The notes: generated by a model not told the origin, from the sequence alone. A stretch of 58,575 bases of DNA, filler included, from Sphacelaria rigidula (GCA_964200075.2; 9 parts of 9 records of this genome joined end to end with filler, not necessarily neighbours in it), one strand, 5' to 3'. Positions 1 through 12,677 are shown, numbered from the whole stretch's first letter. Translations and numbers: made by a program.

Positions 1-190
1 GGGTATGCTCTTGAAGAAATACCCGATGGCCGGTACCGGTTTTCTGTAAGCCTCCCGTACCGTACCCGACGAGTTCTGTAATTCCTGTAAGACTTCCATC
101 CAGTACCGGTACCCGACAATTCTGTGAGCTCTGTAAGCCTCCCATACCCTTACCCGGGGTTCGGGTATACCGTTGTAGATACACCCGACT
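1..190 (+). repeat. Partial copy of the GTACCC-rich MITE family at 856-1445
   Basis: Bases 1-70 align with ~1211-1280; shares the TTCTGTAAGCCTCCC.TACC subrepeat. Confidence 0.75.
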
Positions 191-855
191 GAAGGTGTGA
201 GCACAGGTATATATACCTTGGGAAGGTACGGATATAGGTTTAGTCCAAACAAAACCTAATGACCTCACCTCCCATCGATAAACCCACCCAACTCCTTCAT
301 TCAAAACTGCACGCCAATAATCACTCAGTGTTAAAAAGTTCTTCAGTTTGGGATGTTACGGGATACGAGGTACCGCTGAGTGGAAACACGAAACATGATC
401 AGCCCTGCAGACCGTCAGGATGGGTCACCCCCAGACTCGCGAGTGGTGGCTCGAGCGGGGGTGGTTCATGTGCGCCACTAGAGGATCAAGTAGCAAGACG
501 CACGTCATCGACGTTGATGGTGGTTGTGTCGTGGTCATCAAACCGCAGGCCCCTATCGACATGTACAGCGCAGAGTATATGAGCTGCCACCGAAAGTCGT
601 CAAGGCCGTCGGCGGTTTTGTCGCGTGCCGAAGGGCTTCCAGAGAACGGGCAGCCGTGAATGTCCCTTCATGTAGTCTCTGAGAGTGCACGTGGAACCGA
701 TAGATGTTGACGATCCATGCATGCACTACTGCGATTGTTCATGTAGTCTTTCTCTATCAACCCCGTGAAAGCCGTTCAGAGTTTTCGTGAACTGTCATCT
801 GTATTTCGCTACTGTTGTAGTGACGTAGGTCCCGCCAGAGGGGTGATGATAATAC

Positions 856-1445
856 CAAGGTCGTGTTCTGTAGGGTACGGTTTTCTGTATACCCGGGGTA
901 TTTTCCCGGGTATTTACCGTGCCCGACAGTTATGTAAACTCTATGAGATTTCCATACAGGTACCCGACAGTTCTGTAATCTCTGGAAGACCTTCATACCC
1001 GTACCCGATAGTTCTGTGAGTTCTGTAAGCCTCCCGAACCGTTACCGGGAGGCACGGGTTTGCTCTTGATAAGATACCCGGATGCAGTTACGGTTTTCTG
1101 TGCAACGTCTATACCCTACCCGACAGTTTCTGTGAGTTCTGTAAGCCTCCCATACCCTTACCCGACAGTTCTGTGAGCTCTGTACGAAACCTTTACCCTA
1201 ACCCGAGGGGCGGGTATGGCCTAAAAAAGTTACCCGATCGCCGGTACCAGTTTTCTCTCAGCCTCCCGTACCGTACCCGTACCGTACCTGACAAGTTCTG
1301 TAATTTCTGTAAGACTTTCATACCGGTACCCGACAGTTCTGTTAACTCTGTAAGACTTTCATACCGGTACCCGATAGTTCTACAAGTTCTGTATCGAATC
1401 TCATACCCTACAGAACGTACCCGTATCCTACAGAACACAACATTG
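856..1445. mobile_element. MITE with 25-bp imperfect TIRs and internal degenerate tandem subrepeats
   Basis: CAAGGTCGTGTTCTGTAGGGTACGG (856-880) versus CCGTATCCTACAGAACACAACATTG (1421-1445), 3 mismatches; repeated GTACCCGACAGTTCTGTAAG units; no TSD visible. Confidence 0.8.
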
Positions 1446-1871
1446 AATTGTCTCTGTAGTAGCTTGCCACTGAGGCTCTCGATACCCCTGAGTAGGATAT
1501 CAACGTATAGCTGTAGGCACACGGCAGTGATGAGACGACGAAAAGCACACACGGAATGAAAAATTGGCCAATTTAAAGCGAATGATCAAAGCCACTCTCA
1601 ATCCACACCCAACTCTTAACCTCACGAAAACCTTGTTAATTGCGTCTATTGCAATAGACGGTAGATATATGTGATACCGCACGGAACACTCTTGTGACAA
1701 AGCAAATTTTTGCCCAGGGTATGAAAATTCTCAGATCGTGCGAATTCACCGAGATACAAACCCGCGTCCCAACGGTACAAGGCTTCGCGGTTCAACATGG
1801 GATTCTGAAAAATGGGATTGAACACAAAAATGAGTTTCAACTCACAAGCAATGTCATCCCTGACCTAAAGG

Positions 1872-2155
1872 GTCATGACAAATGGCTGTCACGTGCACGA
1901 CCTCTTCCCCCCCCTCGACCTCCCATAAACTATTTTGGGGGGTTTCCAGCCTTCTGTTCCCCCGAAGGGTATGTGCGAAAGCACATTTTGTGTGCCTCGA
2001 TTTCGAGGTGAGAAAAGAGACCCTTTCCAGCCCAAAAATCGCGCTTTCGCACAAATCCTTTGGGGGAACGGAATGCGGGAAACTCCCTCCGAAATAATTT
2101 CATGAAGGTCGGGGGGGGGAATGAGGTCGTCCGTATGAAGGTCATTTGTCATGAC
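1872..2155. mobile_element. Fold-back (almost wholly palindromic) MITE; its ~150-bp core recurs at ~4450-4592
   Basis: GTCATGACAAATG...CATTTGTCATGAC ends; inner arms GTTCCCCCGAAGG..TGTGCGAAAGC / GCTTTCGCACA..CCTTTGGGGGAAC. Confidence 0.75.
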
Positions 2156-2159
2156 TTAA

Positions 2160-2352
2160 CCCTTAGCTGGCGAGAATAGATCACCTGTTGAATCGGCATC
2201 AATTTCACTTGGGAAAAGGTTGCATGATCCAGATGGACTACCCTCGCGGTCTAATTGACCGCGGTGCGGGTAGTTCATTTGAACTACGCGTACTTTTTGG
2301 AAGTTAAAATTGATGCCGATTCAGCAGATGACCTACCCTTGCGGTCTAAGGG
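2160..2352. mobile_element. piggyBac-type MITE
   Basis: TTAA at 2156-2159 and 2353-2356 flanking CCCTTAG...CTAAGGG; long inner inverted arms (GAATCGGCATCAATTT / AAATTGATGCCGATTC). Confidence 0.85.
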
Positions 2353-2914
2353 TTAAGGTCAGGGACAGGCACTGCTCTTGAGTTGAACTTCATTATTATG
2401 TCCAACCTCATTTCCAGATTCCCGTGTTGTTTGTAAAGTACAGTTCGCCGGCTCAAAACAAAGTTATTCCTTTTCAATGTTATGGAGGCGGTGTTTTTGC
2501 AGGTTAGACGCCGAGAAAATCCACACCTCGCTTGTAATGACGCCGAAACTTGGAGCATGTGTTGATTGGTACTACAGCAAGGTGTCAGAGCCGCAGCCGT
2601 GGCTGCACAAGGCGCAGATGGCCCGATCTGTATGAAACGGTGGATACCATTCTCATCAGAGTCTTTGTTTTTCTACCACATCTTGTCTGATGACGAATAT
2701 AGTGTGTACATTTTCGGTCAGGCTCGCAGACCGCACGGAGCGTTCAGGCGTCATCGTCAATCTTCGTCCAGTTAGGGATGAACACTCGCAGAAAAACAGA
2801 AAATAAACAGCACCTAGACCCCATCATATATGTGGGGGTCTAGGCTGAACGTTTGCCAGCCCGAAAAGCTCGACACGTCAAGGTTAAACCTATTCACGCG
2901 ACCGTTACGTTCTG

Positions 2915-3630
2915 ACATGGACCCTGCCCCACGTACCCGACAAGTGGGCAACATCCCCGTACAGACAGCAGCAATGCTAGCGGATACAAGATCCTGACAG
3001 TCTGGCAGCCGAGAAGGTCGTTATAGTAGTGTCCTTCTAGCGATATCAACTTACAGTGCACTGTTGCAGAGTTCATAGGTGAATATTTTGGCGATTGCCT
3101 CACCTACAGTTCGCCCAGATGTAGTGGATTTTTCCACCATCTCACCGCGCCAGATTATATGTGACAATGTATCAGATCCTGCATTATATGTTGAAATGTC
3201 CCAGAACCTGGACGAAGATTCTACAGTCAGCAAGATTCTACAGTCAGTACGAACACGATGTTAAAATTGTACTGCGCACAGTATAGAATGAATTGCCAGC
3301 TATGATTTGTGTAATAGTCGTACCTCAAGTCGGTAACTGCAACGCAACACTCCGAGACGCCGGTGTGTAAAAATCTCCAGGGTATGAAATGCTACCGGCG
3401 GTTTTCGCGCCATAGCGGCTGTGTTACCATACAGCTTCGCTCAAGATAAAGGCAACCATGACAGCAGCAGAGGCGGCCTTTCCCTCCTGCGTGCGCAACC
3501 TGTGGGAAACGCACGCTGTAGCTTCGACACGGAGAGCTTTACCAAATGTGTCGTAGCGATATATGGCGTAGCGAAGGGTGATATCCCGCGTACACGTTGA
3601 CCGCAGATACAAGCGATTGCGTGCGTGATG
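2915..3630 (+). repeat. Dispersed ~0.7-kb repeat; inverted homolog at ~39140-39790
   Basis: For example GTGTCCTTCTAGCGATATCAACTTACAGTGCACTG occurs reverse-complemented near 39645-39680; 3460-3620 matches 39150-39310. Confidence 0.85.
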
Positions 3631-4239
3631 TGGCGAACGGCATAGGACAGCGCGAAATCAGTGCAGCACAGGGATAGGCTAAGGATGTGACGCTCTGTGG
3701 TGTGCTTTGTCACCCTGCACCCTGCCGCTGTGCAGTGAGCAGGTAGTACCGCCGAAGGCGTAACGCCGCGGTTGGTACGCAGTGTCGGAACACATAGCAG
3801 CAAACAGCATATTTCATGTACAGCAGAGACAGAATAAGGATGTGTGTTCCAAGACCGATGCGCACAGAGTGGGACCCACATCTAGAGAACCCTGCACCTA
3901 CTCGCCCTTTTCTAGCGGATACAAAAATCTTTTCAGCAAAAACCACTTGCGACATGTGCTGTAACGAATCTCATGCGTCATGCAGCTTTCTCCAATGTGC
4001 TGCATCGCCCGTGAAGCGAGCTGCTGAAGCTAACAGTGCCCAACCCTCTTCCCACGATGACCTCCTGTCTGAGCTCGAGATAATTGAAACTGCGGAACTC
4101 GACTTCAACTAGTAGAAGGTACACCTCACCGTGATGAAACCTTCCGTAACATTGAAAAGGAATGACACTAAAAATAAATCTGAAAGGGATGCTCGTAGAA
4201 CAATAGAGCTCTATAGAAGGGGTGTCCCGCAGCACGGTA

Positions 4240-4447
4240 CCGTACTGTGTTTTTGCCTGCAGACAAAGGACATGAAGTTGAAAACGTTGTGAGCAGACAA
4301 AGCACCTGCAGTGAGACCGTGTGAGCTGACAGAGCACCAGCAGTTGAGAAGATGTGACCATTTTTTATACTGAAAAATGACCCAATAAAAGCTTCACTCG
4401 ACATTTGATTAAAGTATGGGACGGAGCAACATTTGTTTCATTGACGC
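4240..4447 (+). repeat. ~200-bp direct repeat (second copy ~5494-5696) with an internal ~30-bp tandem subunit
   Basis: GATGTGACCATTTTT..ATACTGA..CTTCACTCGACATTTGAT..GTATGGGACGGAG in both copies; GAGC(A/T)GAC..AGCACC subunit repeated. Confidence 0.85.
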
Positions 4448-5010
4448 CTTCCAGCCTTCCGTTCCCCCGAAGGGTATGTGCGAAAGCACTTTCTTTGTGC
4501 CTCGATTTCGACGTGACAAAAAAGACCCTTTCCACCCCAAAACTCATGCTTTCGCACCAATCCTTTGGGGGAACGGAATACGGGAAACTTCCAGAAAAAA
4601 ATACACGATGAAGTTGTCGATCCGAGAAGCGGAGCTCGCTTGCGGCAAACCTCCAATATTGGCGAAGAAGGCGGAGGAACTGGCGCGGCAAAGAGCTTGT
4701 ATTCTCCGTCCGTGTAACCCCGATTCAACCCGTGAGTGTAGGTTCTGGTCGCCGGTCTGACGGTACGGCTACACCCTCGCAGCCTTCCCCTTCGACGCCT
4801 TCATCATCGTGGACTCCTACGCCATCGACCCCAACCTCTCACAGAGACGCTGGTCAAGGCGAGGACACACCCCCACGTAAATAAGCATGAAAAATGAAAA
4901 AAAAAAAAACTGGTGTTTGCTCAACACCACCCATCAGTGATTAAAAAGGTGCGAAATAGATGGTCTTCGGTGTGCAAGGTTGCAGTAAATCGGTGAGCAT
5001 GTAGCGTTAA

Positions 5011-5129
5011 CTCTTGAACCGCGGTGCGGGTAGTCCATCTGTAGTCCATGTCTGGATAAGGCATGAATGAATTCTTGAAGTGAATATTGATGCCGATTCA
5101 GCAGGTGACCTACTCTCACGGTCTAAGGT
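5011..5129. mobile_element. piggyBac-type MITE, short family member
   Basis: Flanked by TTAA; matches the right half of 2160-2352 (ACCGCGGTGCGGGTAGT...TTGATGCCGATTCAGCAG.TGACCTAC...GGTCTAAGG). Confidence 0.75.
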
Positions 5130-6420
5130 TTAAATTAACGGTATAACGGTTGTATACTCTAGTGCTGCACAACTTTTCGAGGGTGGCGAAAATATCTTTT
5201 CGTGATCCATTGCTTTTCTGTAGTTCACTGTTGTACCGATGGAGTACAATACTGTTCAAAGCTGAGCTGAATCGGCATCAATGTGAACCTGAAAAAAGTA
5301 TGCGTGATCCAGGCGGATGTTAATGACCATCATGTTAAACAGTACAGATCATCATGTTGAACAGTACAGATGGAGTACTCTGCATGGTGTAGTATGATGG
5401 AGATTTGTAGTATACATGCACCTGCAGGCGGGGCACTAGAAGGCAGACAAAGCAGAATATTTGGTATAATGCACCTGTAGAGGAAGGATGCTGTGCTGTA
5501 TTTTTGCCTGAGACAGAGCACTTGAAGTTAAAAGATTGTGAGCAGACAGAGCACCTGTAGTTAGAGCTTGTGAGCTGACGGAGCACCTGTAATTGGAGGA
5601 TGTGACCATTTTTATACTGAGAAATGATCCCAAAAAACCTTCACTCGACATTTGATCCAAGTGTATGGGACGGAGTAACATCAAGTTCATTCACGCTAAT
5701 AATATATCAGATAAATAATAACTCTTCGATCGGCCTGCCCAATCACGGCGAGGCGAAATTTATCGATCAAACCCGAACGACCAGCTCGAGCATTTTTGGC
5801 GAGTGTGATGCCACTGCAAAGATCGTGTGGGGGCCCTATCCCTGGCCCAGATAAGCCTTCCCAGGTTTCCAAGTGCAGGGCGGTCGGAACTTGGTTCTAT
5901 GGTGTTACTTGCGCTCAGTATAGCGTTGCCGAGTTTTTCCGGAGGATTGTTTGGGTCACAATTCTATACTAAAACGTAGTAATTACACTTGAACAGGGTG
6001 GAGCGGAAAAAACCGGGGAGGAGTGTACATGCCACAATGCGGTCATTTTCACAAGGCACTAAACCCAGGTGGGCTGTGAAAAGACAAAATGAGCTACCAT
6101 TATGAGTTCTGCTTGTTCCTCTGCCTATGACTTGCAGTGTGGAGTGAAGAAGTATGTAGTGGATGAGGATGAAGGAGCTGTATATAGGTAGTTGATCTCG
6201 ACAGCTGAAATCTGCCCAGAACGTGTGCGTGGGTATGCTGCTGCAGCCGCGACGGCGATCAGGGAGGCGTACTGCGCTGTCCTGTACTATACTGTATGCA
6301 TGCGCGCCGCAACGCTGATACCCTTCGAAGAGAATCTGCCGCATGCAACAAAGGGGGAAATGGCGGCCCACCCCGACCACAAAGGGCTGTGTGGCAAGGT
6401 TATGGGGACAATAGTATAAT

Positions 6421-6520
6421 NNNNNNNNNNNNNNNNNNNNNNNNNNNNNNNNNNNNNNNNNNNNTTAATTAATTAANNNNNNNNNNNNNNNNNNNNNNNN
6501 NNNNNNNNNNNNNNNNNNNN
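6421..6520. other. Artificial contig spacer N44-TTAATTAATTAA-N44; identical spacers at 12941-13040, 19461-19560, 25981-26080, 32501-32600, 39020-39119, 45539-45638, 52058-52157
   Basis: Identical 100-bp linker with stop codons in all six frames; intervening blocks decrease monotonically in length from 6420 to 6418 bp. Confidence 0.98.
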
Positions 6521-7650
6521 GCTGAAAACAAAGCCTAGGGATTGATTCGTACGAGTCGAATCGGTGATACTAAAACCAACTAATTTCCAGACGAACCATC
6601 ATTGGTCCGACCTTGAAATCTTGCCATCCCCACTGCCCGAGAATCTGAGACTGTCGGTCCATGGTGGACCGTTGCGTCCGCCCAGCGAATCCTGCAAGCT
6701 GTATCCGTTATCACATGTGCAGAGCAGGATAAAAGAAGTGGCGGAGATTCGTCTGCGCCAGCGCAGGCGAGAGCTGGAGGAGATCTACTCCCCACCGGAG
6801 GGCACCGCCCACGAAGGGCACACCCCCGCGTAGTGGCCGCAGGAGGAGGGTAACAATACGGGATTTCCGCGTCAAAATCCGCAAAAACGCGAAAAAGAAA
6901 CAGCACCCATTTTTGCCCCGCCAACTGGCGAAAACGCCCCCTCAGACTGTTTTTCGCCTCCGGCGAAATTCCGCACTGATGCAGATGTGCAGACGACTTT
7001 TTCGATTCTAGTGCAGAACCGCCGCATCCATTGCCAGTAGGCTGCCTTGTGCCGAATTTCTAATTTATACGATGCAGTGCAGTACTGCAGTGTAGATCAA
7101 CGTGATTCACATTTCTGATACCACCGCTTACCGACCCGAACACCCACTCAGTTTTCAATTTTTGAAGGATATCGATGGATACGAGGGGTGTACTGTACAC
7201 ACAATGAATAAATGGACTGTGAATATGATGACCTTAAAATAAATATATGCGGAGGGCACTGATGTATTGCTCCATGTCGACAGGATTTGCGGGTGCTACT
7301 ACCGCGAACGAGAGCACCACCAAGGCATGTCGAACCGCCGCGCTGATATTAGTTGTATACTTGCGCACCAACCTAAGAAAACCATGATGAGACTGACGAC
7401 ATTGTCATCATCGTGAGGATAATGTACTACTTCGAAGTATACAATTGTTACATGATATGAAATAAGTGAAGTCGAAAACAACATCCCCTCTCCCTCGCCC
7501 CCAGATCCTATCACCTCGTTCATCCCGCGTGCTTCCGTTTTACACCCATCGTGCTATTGGTTATCGGGGAATCAACGTCGCCGACGACAGTATGCCTCAA
7601 AAACATAGCCCCTTCGGTGCCCGTTGCAACATTGCTGACTGAGTGGCTAA

Positions 7651-7907
7651 CCCTTTGACAACGAAGTGTTGGGATCATACTGCTGGGCCAAGTATGGCAA
7701 TCTCGATACACCAAGAAGTGTGCCTTGACATATACATGGTCGCGAGTGGATTGCTCCGCGGCTGCTCCGCGGTCAGAGGATGAACCCCTGGACCAGGGGC
7801 CGCGTTCGGAATCTTCATTGCGGGAGTAGTTGGTCGCAAAACTCTCATTGAAGCACGTGCTGCATCGGCATACAAGAACTCAAATTGACTGCCTCGCGGT
7901 CAGAGGG
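7651..7907. mobile_element. Degenerate piggyBac-type MITE
   Basis: CTAA|CCCTTTGAC... and ...CCTCGCGGTCAGAGGG|TTAA. Confidence 0.5.
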
Positions 7908-8482
7908 TTAAGCCGGCGCTCATGTGCTTATCCTTATATACACACTCTTGAGCAGGACGATTCGCCTGTGTTCAGCAGGATGTGGGTTGGCTGACGTGTA
8001 CTACGTGGCGCATTTAGGCTAGACGGGGGTGCATGGGATTCTCAGTTTTATTTTCGGAGATCAATCGAAGGGCTCGTTGCCGGTGGTCGTTCCAGTTTGT
8101 GTTGTGGTCGATTTGCATGTGTGACATATGATGCAAGGTTGATCGCTGTAGTAAAGGTTTCACCAGCTATCCATGGAGCACACGTGAGATACCACCCTCT
8201 CACTTCCTTCGCCCGAGAGACAGCGTCGTGCCCAGTACCCCGAGCATAAGACGCCCTACCCATTGGCACCACAACTGCCGTGGGGGTAGAGCACTAGTTA
8301 TCGCAGATATAGGAGGACTTCCACAACAACTCCGCGCTCCAAAATCACCGTGGTCATTCGGGAGGGATATTTGCGCTCTATGTACAACTTACGTTGTCGC
8401 TGACTCCCGCGAGGTTCCGTAATTTTGACTTTCACATGAGCCCCCTGGCTGATACTTGTACGTGACACAGTAATCGGTTCAA

Positions 8483-8587
8483 TCCTTTGACCGCGAGGGT
8501 AGCTGATGTATAAAATCAGCATATTTCATATTTTCGGGGTGTGAATGATGCCGATTCAACTGATCACCGACCCTCGCGGTCAAAGGG
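8483..8587. mobile_element. piggyBac-type MITE
   Basis: CCTTTGACCGCGAGGGT...ACCCTCGCGGTCAAAGGG|TTAA; internal GATGCCGATTCA. Confidence 0.8.
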
Positions 8588-9455
8588 TTAATTCAATTTT
8601 GGATGCACGGAGCGAACGCACCCGTTTGACAGCATGGCGATCGGTGCTCTTGCAGTGCGGGCAACTTGCGTACGGTGAGTACAAGGCATCTTCGTGCGAT
8701 CGCGCCGGTGGCTGAAGTGTGCTGGGCACATTTCTTCACCTGGACGCAATGAGGACTACAGTTTCCCGAGGCTGCCGCACCTTTAAAGGGCCGCTGTTCG
8801 CAGAGAGGTTCAAACGTAGTGGTGAAGCATGAACAAACTATTTTGACAACGAGCCCAGGTAAATTGCGCCGATTTGCTCACAAATGGAAGGAAACAGGTT
8901 CGACAAGGAATAGACGACATCCCTCCCACGAAAAGCATCCGTTGTAGAATACGTTGTTGTTGGTGTGTGTCTTCGATATCGCTAGCAATTTTACATCGGA
9001 CGCATCATCGACATTGCAGTGCAGGAACACACACGCGTTGTCTTGTCGGTACTGTAACTTTTTCTCTACTCGACAATCGCCCTGCATTAGTGGCAGTACT
9101 CTACACAGTCTTTCATGTGGTGCGCATATGCCTTGTGCTCTCTGTAGATCCCGCATGCTCATTTGTGGCTAGTCCCATGTTATAGACATGCTGTCACATC
9201 CCGTGAGACTCGAGAGTCCCAGCTGATCACAATGGCTGGGCACGGAACACACAAGGGCGTAGTAGCTTTCAGTTGCGGCAGTATGTGCCCGGCTGCACGG
9301 GTCATCAGGCAAGGAACAGCAACACGCGTCTCCCTCTTTCCATTCTACTGTAGCTGCTGCTGTCCACCCAGTCATACTTGTTATATTCTTGATTATGCGG
9401 CGTCTGCTAGTTGCATGTTTGGTCATTCCTATTGCTATTTCGTTCTCGAGATTAA

Positions 9456-9555
9456 CCCGTACACCGCGATGCGGGTAGTCCATCTAGATCACGCATACTC
9501 TCCCCAGTGAAATTGGTGCCGATTTAACAGATGACCTACCCTCGCGATCAAAGGG
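9456..9555. mobile_element. piggyBac-type MITE
   Basis: TTAA|CCCGTACACCGCGATGCGGGTAG...GATGACCTACCCTCGCGATCAAAGGG|TTAT. Confidence 0.75.
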
Positions 9556-9700
9556 TTATTGCCACTTCTACCGTACATGTGTAGTCCAAAAGTAGGCGCT
9601 GTGTCGTATGCAAAGGTTCGTGCGAATTTTGGGTGCAAAGAAATGCCGAATGACATGCACAGTCAGGAAACGTGCTCATCATCTGGGACGTTGGAATTTT

Positions 9701-10560
9701 CTACAGGTTAGTACTGACAACTAGAGGTCAGGGCCCAAATTTTCGGAAGGTGGCCCAATACTCAGTACGCGCGCACTGCCAAATAGAGGCCAGTCCAACG
9801 GAGACAGCAGTTTGTATCTAGTACCCTGAGCACAACCCACGCCAGCCGCCAGCGCCAGATCGATCGCATGTGTTGTGCTCATCACTATAGGAGTGCTGCG
9901 CCAACAATCCCGCGCCCCGTAAGTAACATGGCCTTGGGGGGTGGGGGGGAGGGGGTTGCACTATCTGTGCATTGTACTTCACAGCTTGACATATACTAGT
10001 TGGTCTAACCCACTTCTAAACCTAACCCCAACACTGACGCACGGACGAAGGCTGGGCAACGGGGGCCCCACCTCCCCTGTGTTGGTATAGCGCAATGTGA
10101 CGTTCGCTGGTGGGCTCGGCGCTCTGCCAACTGCGGCGCTCAGAGCACCGTGCAGTAGGCTAAGACGCAATCGCGTCGAATGGTCTTGCGCCCAGGTAAC
10201 CTAGAACTGCACAAACCAAGTGAACGCTCACAGGAAATGAAGAAACATGTTCAATGTGAAGTGTACTACTCTACAGGACAAGTATTGACAACTAGAGGTC
10301 AGGGTCCATTTTTTTGGAAGGTGGCCCATTACTCAGTACGCGGGCACTGCCAGGTAGAAGTCAGTCCGACGGAGACAGCAGTTTGTATCTAGCACCCTGA
10401 GCCCAACACACGCCAGCCACCAGCGCCAGAGCGACCGCATGTGTTGTAGTCATCATCGCAGGAGTGCTGCGCCGACAATCCCGCGCCCCATGAGTAACAT
10501 GGCCTTGCGGGGGAGGGGGGAGGGGGTTGCACTATCTGTACACTGTACTGTACAGCTTGA
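9701..10560 (+). repeat. Pair of ~290-bp direct repeats (9701-9989 and 10271-10560)
   Basis: Both begin CTACAGG..AGTA.TGACAACTAGAGGTCAGGG and end TTGCACTATCTGT....TGTACT..ACAGCTTGA. Confidence 0.9.
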
Positions 10561-11203
10561 ACCTGTAGCGGACTTCAACCGGCTTTTTGCCGGGGGAGGG
10601 GGGGGCAAGGGGGGTAGCACTTCGCAGGTCCAGGTGCACGCAGCGAACGCACCGTTCCACACCACCACGACCCCTTCGTAGCACAGAATCGTTGGTACAC
10701 AGTAGCGCTTATATGATGAGTATAAAAGGCACCCGAGTGCTCTCGCACTGGTGCATGATTTGGGCTGGGCACTTTGCATTTAACGCATCAAGTACCAAGC
10801 TTACCAGAAAACGCGGAACCCGCTCTTGGTCTCGCGCACAAGATATGGTAGAGTACACTGTCGTAAAGTACAGGAAATTCATCCACCACGATCCTACAGT
10901 ATGTCATTGGACAGCGTTATCGTTGATGCGTGCTTCGAAGACAAAAATCACAGCATACGCCGCGCTGTTCACATCGATGTATTCGGTGAGCACAGCGGGC
11001 TGGACAGAGCGTCTGCCTGCGAAGAGGCAACACTCGATTCTTGACCCCACATTCACATCCCTCGCCTTTTTCTGGGTACAAAAGTGGATGCCATTGAAGA
11101 TGAGTTGTCTCGGCATGGCATTGATTTGACATTTGGATAAAAGTCAAGATTGAAGATTTCAAGATTTTACTCTCGGACAAAAATTTTGCAATGTAGTACC
11201 GAA

Positions 11204-11477
11204 CAATGCTACGGTAGGGGTGGACTTTTTGCGCGAAATCTTGTCTGGGTCAGCGACTCCTATAACAATTCTAGATGCACAAAAATATGGGTCAGGGCAT
11301 CCCCGTTTGCGAATTCATTCGGTATATTCCCAGCACATTGGAGTTGTCGTAGTCCTGGCGTGCTCTCACACATTTTCATTAGGCGTGTTTTGCGTGAGAT
11401 AAAGAGCTCCTAACAAGTCTAACCCCAGAATTGTAACCCCAGAAAATATTTGTGCACCTCTATACCGTAGCATCACC
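11204..11477. mobile_element. MITE of the ATGCTACGGTAGGGGTG TIR family (hAT-like); relatives at 29944-30448 and ~53025-53209
   Basis: ATGCTACGGTAGGGGTG / CACCTCTATACCGTAGCAT; shared interior CGCGAAAT.TTGTCTG; the 53k copy ends CATCACTG (CAGTG-type terminus). Confidence 0.7.
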
Positions 11478-12677
11478 CTACCCGCGATAGAAATGTGGCT
11501 CTAAAAGGTGAGGCACGCAGTCAGTGTGTAACATTGGACTTTTCCCTCGTTCTAAAATAAATGCTCTCCATGTGTACATAGATGCAGCTATAATGAAAAG
11601 TGTCTCATCGTCCTTGTCAACTCACTGACTTCACTGCTGAACGTGTCGTCTGCCGATCTCCCGCAGGAAGCTCCTCGGTATTTGCCTTCGTTGACAACGC
11701 TGAAGTAGCTGTAAGTGGAACCGACGAGCGAACGATCTGCGGACAACGCACCCTAGAAGTTCTACATGTCTTTTCGCTTCGAGAATCTTGAGCACACAGG
11801 TCTACCCGATAGAAGTTGAATTCACGCGAGTGCTGCGCCAAAATCCGATGGTTGAGTATATCATTGGTTGTTTTGCACACTTTCACGGTTGGATGTCCAG
11901 AAGTGGGTTCATAGTCGCGAGGCTCAATCAATATGCGCGCAGCTTGCAGCACCTGTTTCGGCTCAAGTCAGCACCTGGAGGCGCTGAATGGAGCAAATCA
12001 CAGCGAAGTTTGCTTGGGATATTCTCTGCATCCACCTTTGCCCGACGGTTCTCGGTCTGCCATGGGTTACCAACGGGTTTGGGTGAAGGTTAGCGTTAGG
12101 GGGCTCGTTTCGGAGCAGTTGCTTCGACTGACAGACAGTAGTCTAGAGATATCTCCGGGATTTCCAGCGGGCGGGAGATGTGGTGTTCAGGGGGGGTGAG
12201 CGGGTGCATCTGCTCCCAGATCATTCGAAAAGGTTACAAAGGCAAATGTGTGTTCTCTGAAGTTGCCGAAGAGCCGAATGGAGTCCGCAGGGAAGGGGGT
12301 GACCATCTTGATTGATCAGTACAACATGACTTGAACTCTAGTGCGTTGTCCCAACGAGCTATACCCAACAACCTTGCCTCGGTGCATCTTCAAGTTCAAT
12401 ATCCGCCTGAGAGTACCAATCCGGTATACTCCATGGTTAGGTCGTGTCTTATCATTTCCTTTTGTTGGTGTCGACACCTTGCGGTCGAATCGAACTCGTA
12501 CCTGATATGTCCACGGCATTTATGTTTTAAACCATCTGAGAAAATGAATGCCGTGCACGTATCAGATGCGAGCGAATTCGATTCCACCGCAGGTTTTTAA
12601 CACCAGTTTATCCCCTTTTCAAAACAATCTATTTGAAAACGACGGTTGATTGATCGCTGCAATAAAACCCCCTGAAA

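Noticed and set aside
765..1559. ORFs of 79-128 aa on both strands
   Set aside because: Translations of MITE tandem subrepeats
3986..4112. Candidate terminal exon ending DDLLSELEIIETAELDFN*
   Set aside because: No supporting upstream exon or recognisable domain
4761..4880. Coding-like stretch RYGYTLAAFPFDAFIIVDSYAIDPNL
   Set aside because: In-frame TGA immediately upstream, no convincing acceptor or recognisable family
6205..6398. Candidate exon AEICPERVRG...LIPFEENL...GLCGK
   Set aside because: AG/GT boundaries exist but there is no homology or partner exon to support it
8880..9180. Cys-rich minus-strand frame reminiscent of the piggyBac C-terminal domain
   Set aside because: Cys spacing poor, stops present, nearby TIRs belong to separate complete MITEs
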